DNA of 64,000 nucleotides. Source: the human T2T-CHM13v2.0 reference genome, Homo sapiens. The notes beneath the pieces were generated by a model. The model saw only the letters and a list, made by a program, of their open reading frames with translations, was not told the origin of the DNA and did not search any database. The position numbers were made by a program, and so were the translations under genes. The stretch lies in assembly GCF_009914755.1 (NCBI RefSeq), contig NC_060936.1. One strand, given 5' to 3'. This document shows positions 62,270-64,000 of this stretch, piece after piece; position 1 is the stretch's first letter; the number at the start of each line of letters is the position of its first letter.

Positions 62270-62435
62270 AACCTGCCTGCCTGTTTTCTTCCTCTCTCAC
62301 CATGTGATCTCTTCACACTGCTCTCCTTAGCCTTCCCCCATGAGCAGAAGTAGCTTGAGGCTGTCATCAGATGAAGATGCTCAAGGTTTCTGGCCACCAT
62401 GAGAATTGTGAGCCAAATAAACTCTTTTTCTTTTA
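62270..62435 (+). mobile_element. MST/MLT1 MaLR LTR fragment
   Basis: ctctctcaccatgtgatctc...gaattgtgagccaaataaactctttttc. Confidence 0.6.
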
Positions 62436-62556
62436 AAAAGAAAGAAAAAAAGAAAACACCTTTTAAATCTCCAATTATATTTGAGGCTTATATTATCATT
62501 AACTCCCCAAAGCACTAAATCTTAGTCCTGAGAATGTAGGAAACCTTATAGTTTAG

Positions 62557-64000
62557 AAGATACTCCTTGAGAAGAGCAACTCCAAGACACATAATTGTCA
62601 GATTCACCAAAGTTGAAATGAAGGAAAAAATGTTAAAGGCAGCCAGAGAGAAAGGTTGGGTTACCCACAAAGGGAAGCCCATCAGACTAACAGCTGATCT
62701 CTCAGCAGAAACTCTACAAGCCAGAAGAGAGTGGTGACCAATATTGAACATTCTGAAAGAAAAGAATTTTCAACCCAGAATTTCATATCCAGCCAAACTA
62801 AGCTTCATAAGTGAAGGAGAAATAAAATACTTTACAGACAAGCAAATGCTGAGAGATTTTGTCACCACCAGGCCTGCCCTAAAAGAGCTCCTGAAGGAAC
62901 CACTAAACATGGAAAGGAACAAGTGGTACCAGCCACTGCAAAAACGTGCCAAATTGTAAAGAACATCAATTCTAGGAAGAAACTGCATCAACTAATGAGC
63001 AAAATAACCAGCTAACATCATAATGACAAGATCAAATTCACACATAACAATATTAACTTTAAATGTAAATGGGCTAAATGCTCCAATTAAAAGACACAGA
63101 CTGGCAAATTGGATAAAGAGTCAAGACCCATCAGTGTGCTGCTTTCAGGAGACCCATCTCATGTGCAGAGACACACATAGGCTCAAAATAAAGGGATGGA
63201 GGAAGATATACCAAGCAAATGGAAAACACAAAAAGGCAGAGGTTGCAATCCTAGTCTCTGATAAAACAGACTTTAAACCAGCAAAGATCAAAACAGACAA
63301 AGAAGGCCATTACATAATGGTAAAGGGATCAATTCAACAAGAAGAGCTAACTATCCTAAATATATATGCACCCAATACAGGAGCACCCAGATTCATAAAG
63401 CAAGTCCTTAGTGACCTACAAAGAAACTTAGACTCCCACACAATAATAATGGGAGAATTTAACACCCCACTGTCAACATTAGACAGATCAACGAGACAGA
63501 CAATTAACAAGGATACCCAGGAACTGAACTCAGCCGTGCATCAAGCAGACCTAATAGACATCTACAGAACTCTCCACCCCAGATCAACAGAATATACATT
63601 CTTTTCAGCACCACACCACACCTACTCCAAAATTGACCACACAGTTGGAAGTAAAGCACTCCTCAGCAAATGTAAAAGAACAAAAATTATAACAAACTGT
63701 CTCTCAGACCACAGTGCAATCAAACTAGAATTCAGGATTAAAAAAACTCACTCAAAACCACTCAACCACATGGAAACTGAACAACCTGCTCCTGAATGAC
63801 TACTGGGTAAATAATGAAATGAAGACAGAAATAAAGATGTTCTTTGAAACCAATGAGAACAAAGATACAACATACCAGAATCTCCAGGACACATTCAAAG
63901 CACTGTGTAGAGGGAAATTTATAGCACTAAATGCCCACAAGAGAAAGCAGGAAAGATCTAAAATTGACACCCTAACATCACAATTAAAAGAACTAGAAAA
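62557..64000 (+). mobile_element. 5'-truncated L1PA (starts in ORF1; ORF2 endonuclease domain 63023..63799), runs off the window
   Basis: MTRSNSHITILTLNVNGLN...SDHSAIKLE endonuclease peptide, then a frameshift. Confidence 0.93.

Overview
Human (great-ape) genomic DNA. The left 15.5 kb holds the 5' half of CD163, the haemoglobin-haptoglobin scavenger receptor, on the minus strand. Coding exons 1-6 (signal peptide and SRCR domains 1-4) all have clean GT-AG, phase-1 junctions, and this haplotype encodes Val342. The ~48 kb upstream is almost entirely transposon-derived. It contains a near-full-length L1PA3/4 about 1.2 kb upstream of the promoter and co-oriented with the gene, a Ricksha/MLT2B composite, and a five-level nested stack (MER67-type ERV > L1MA > L1PA8A/10 > THE1A > L1PA5/6). 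It also contains a twin-primed inverted L1, a solo ERV1 LTR, two more L1s and several Alus. I found no new protein-coding gene or novel multi-gene system. The most unusual signals are structural: (i) two independently inserted L1s 15 kb apart share private mutations, including a frameshift and a stop codon, suggesting ectopic gene conversion; (ii) a 62-bp perfect templated insertion copied from 2.6 kb away; (iii) a promoter-proximal L1 with an intact 5' end, a deleted endonuclease region and no canonical polyA signal, aimed at CD163. Repeat subfamily names come from recalled consensus motifs and need RepeatMasker/Dfam confirmation.
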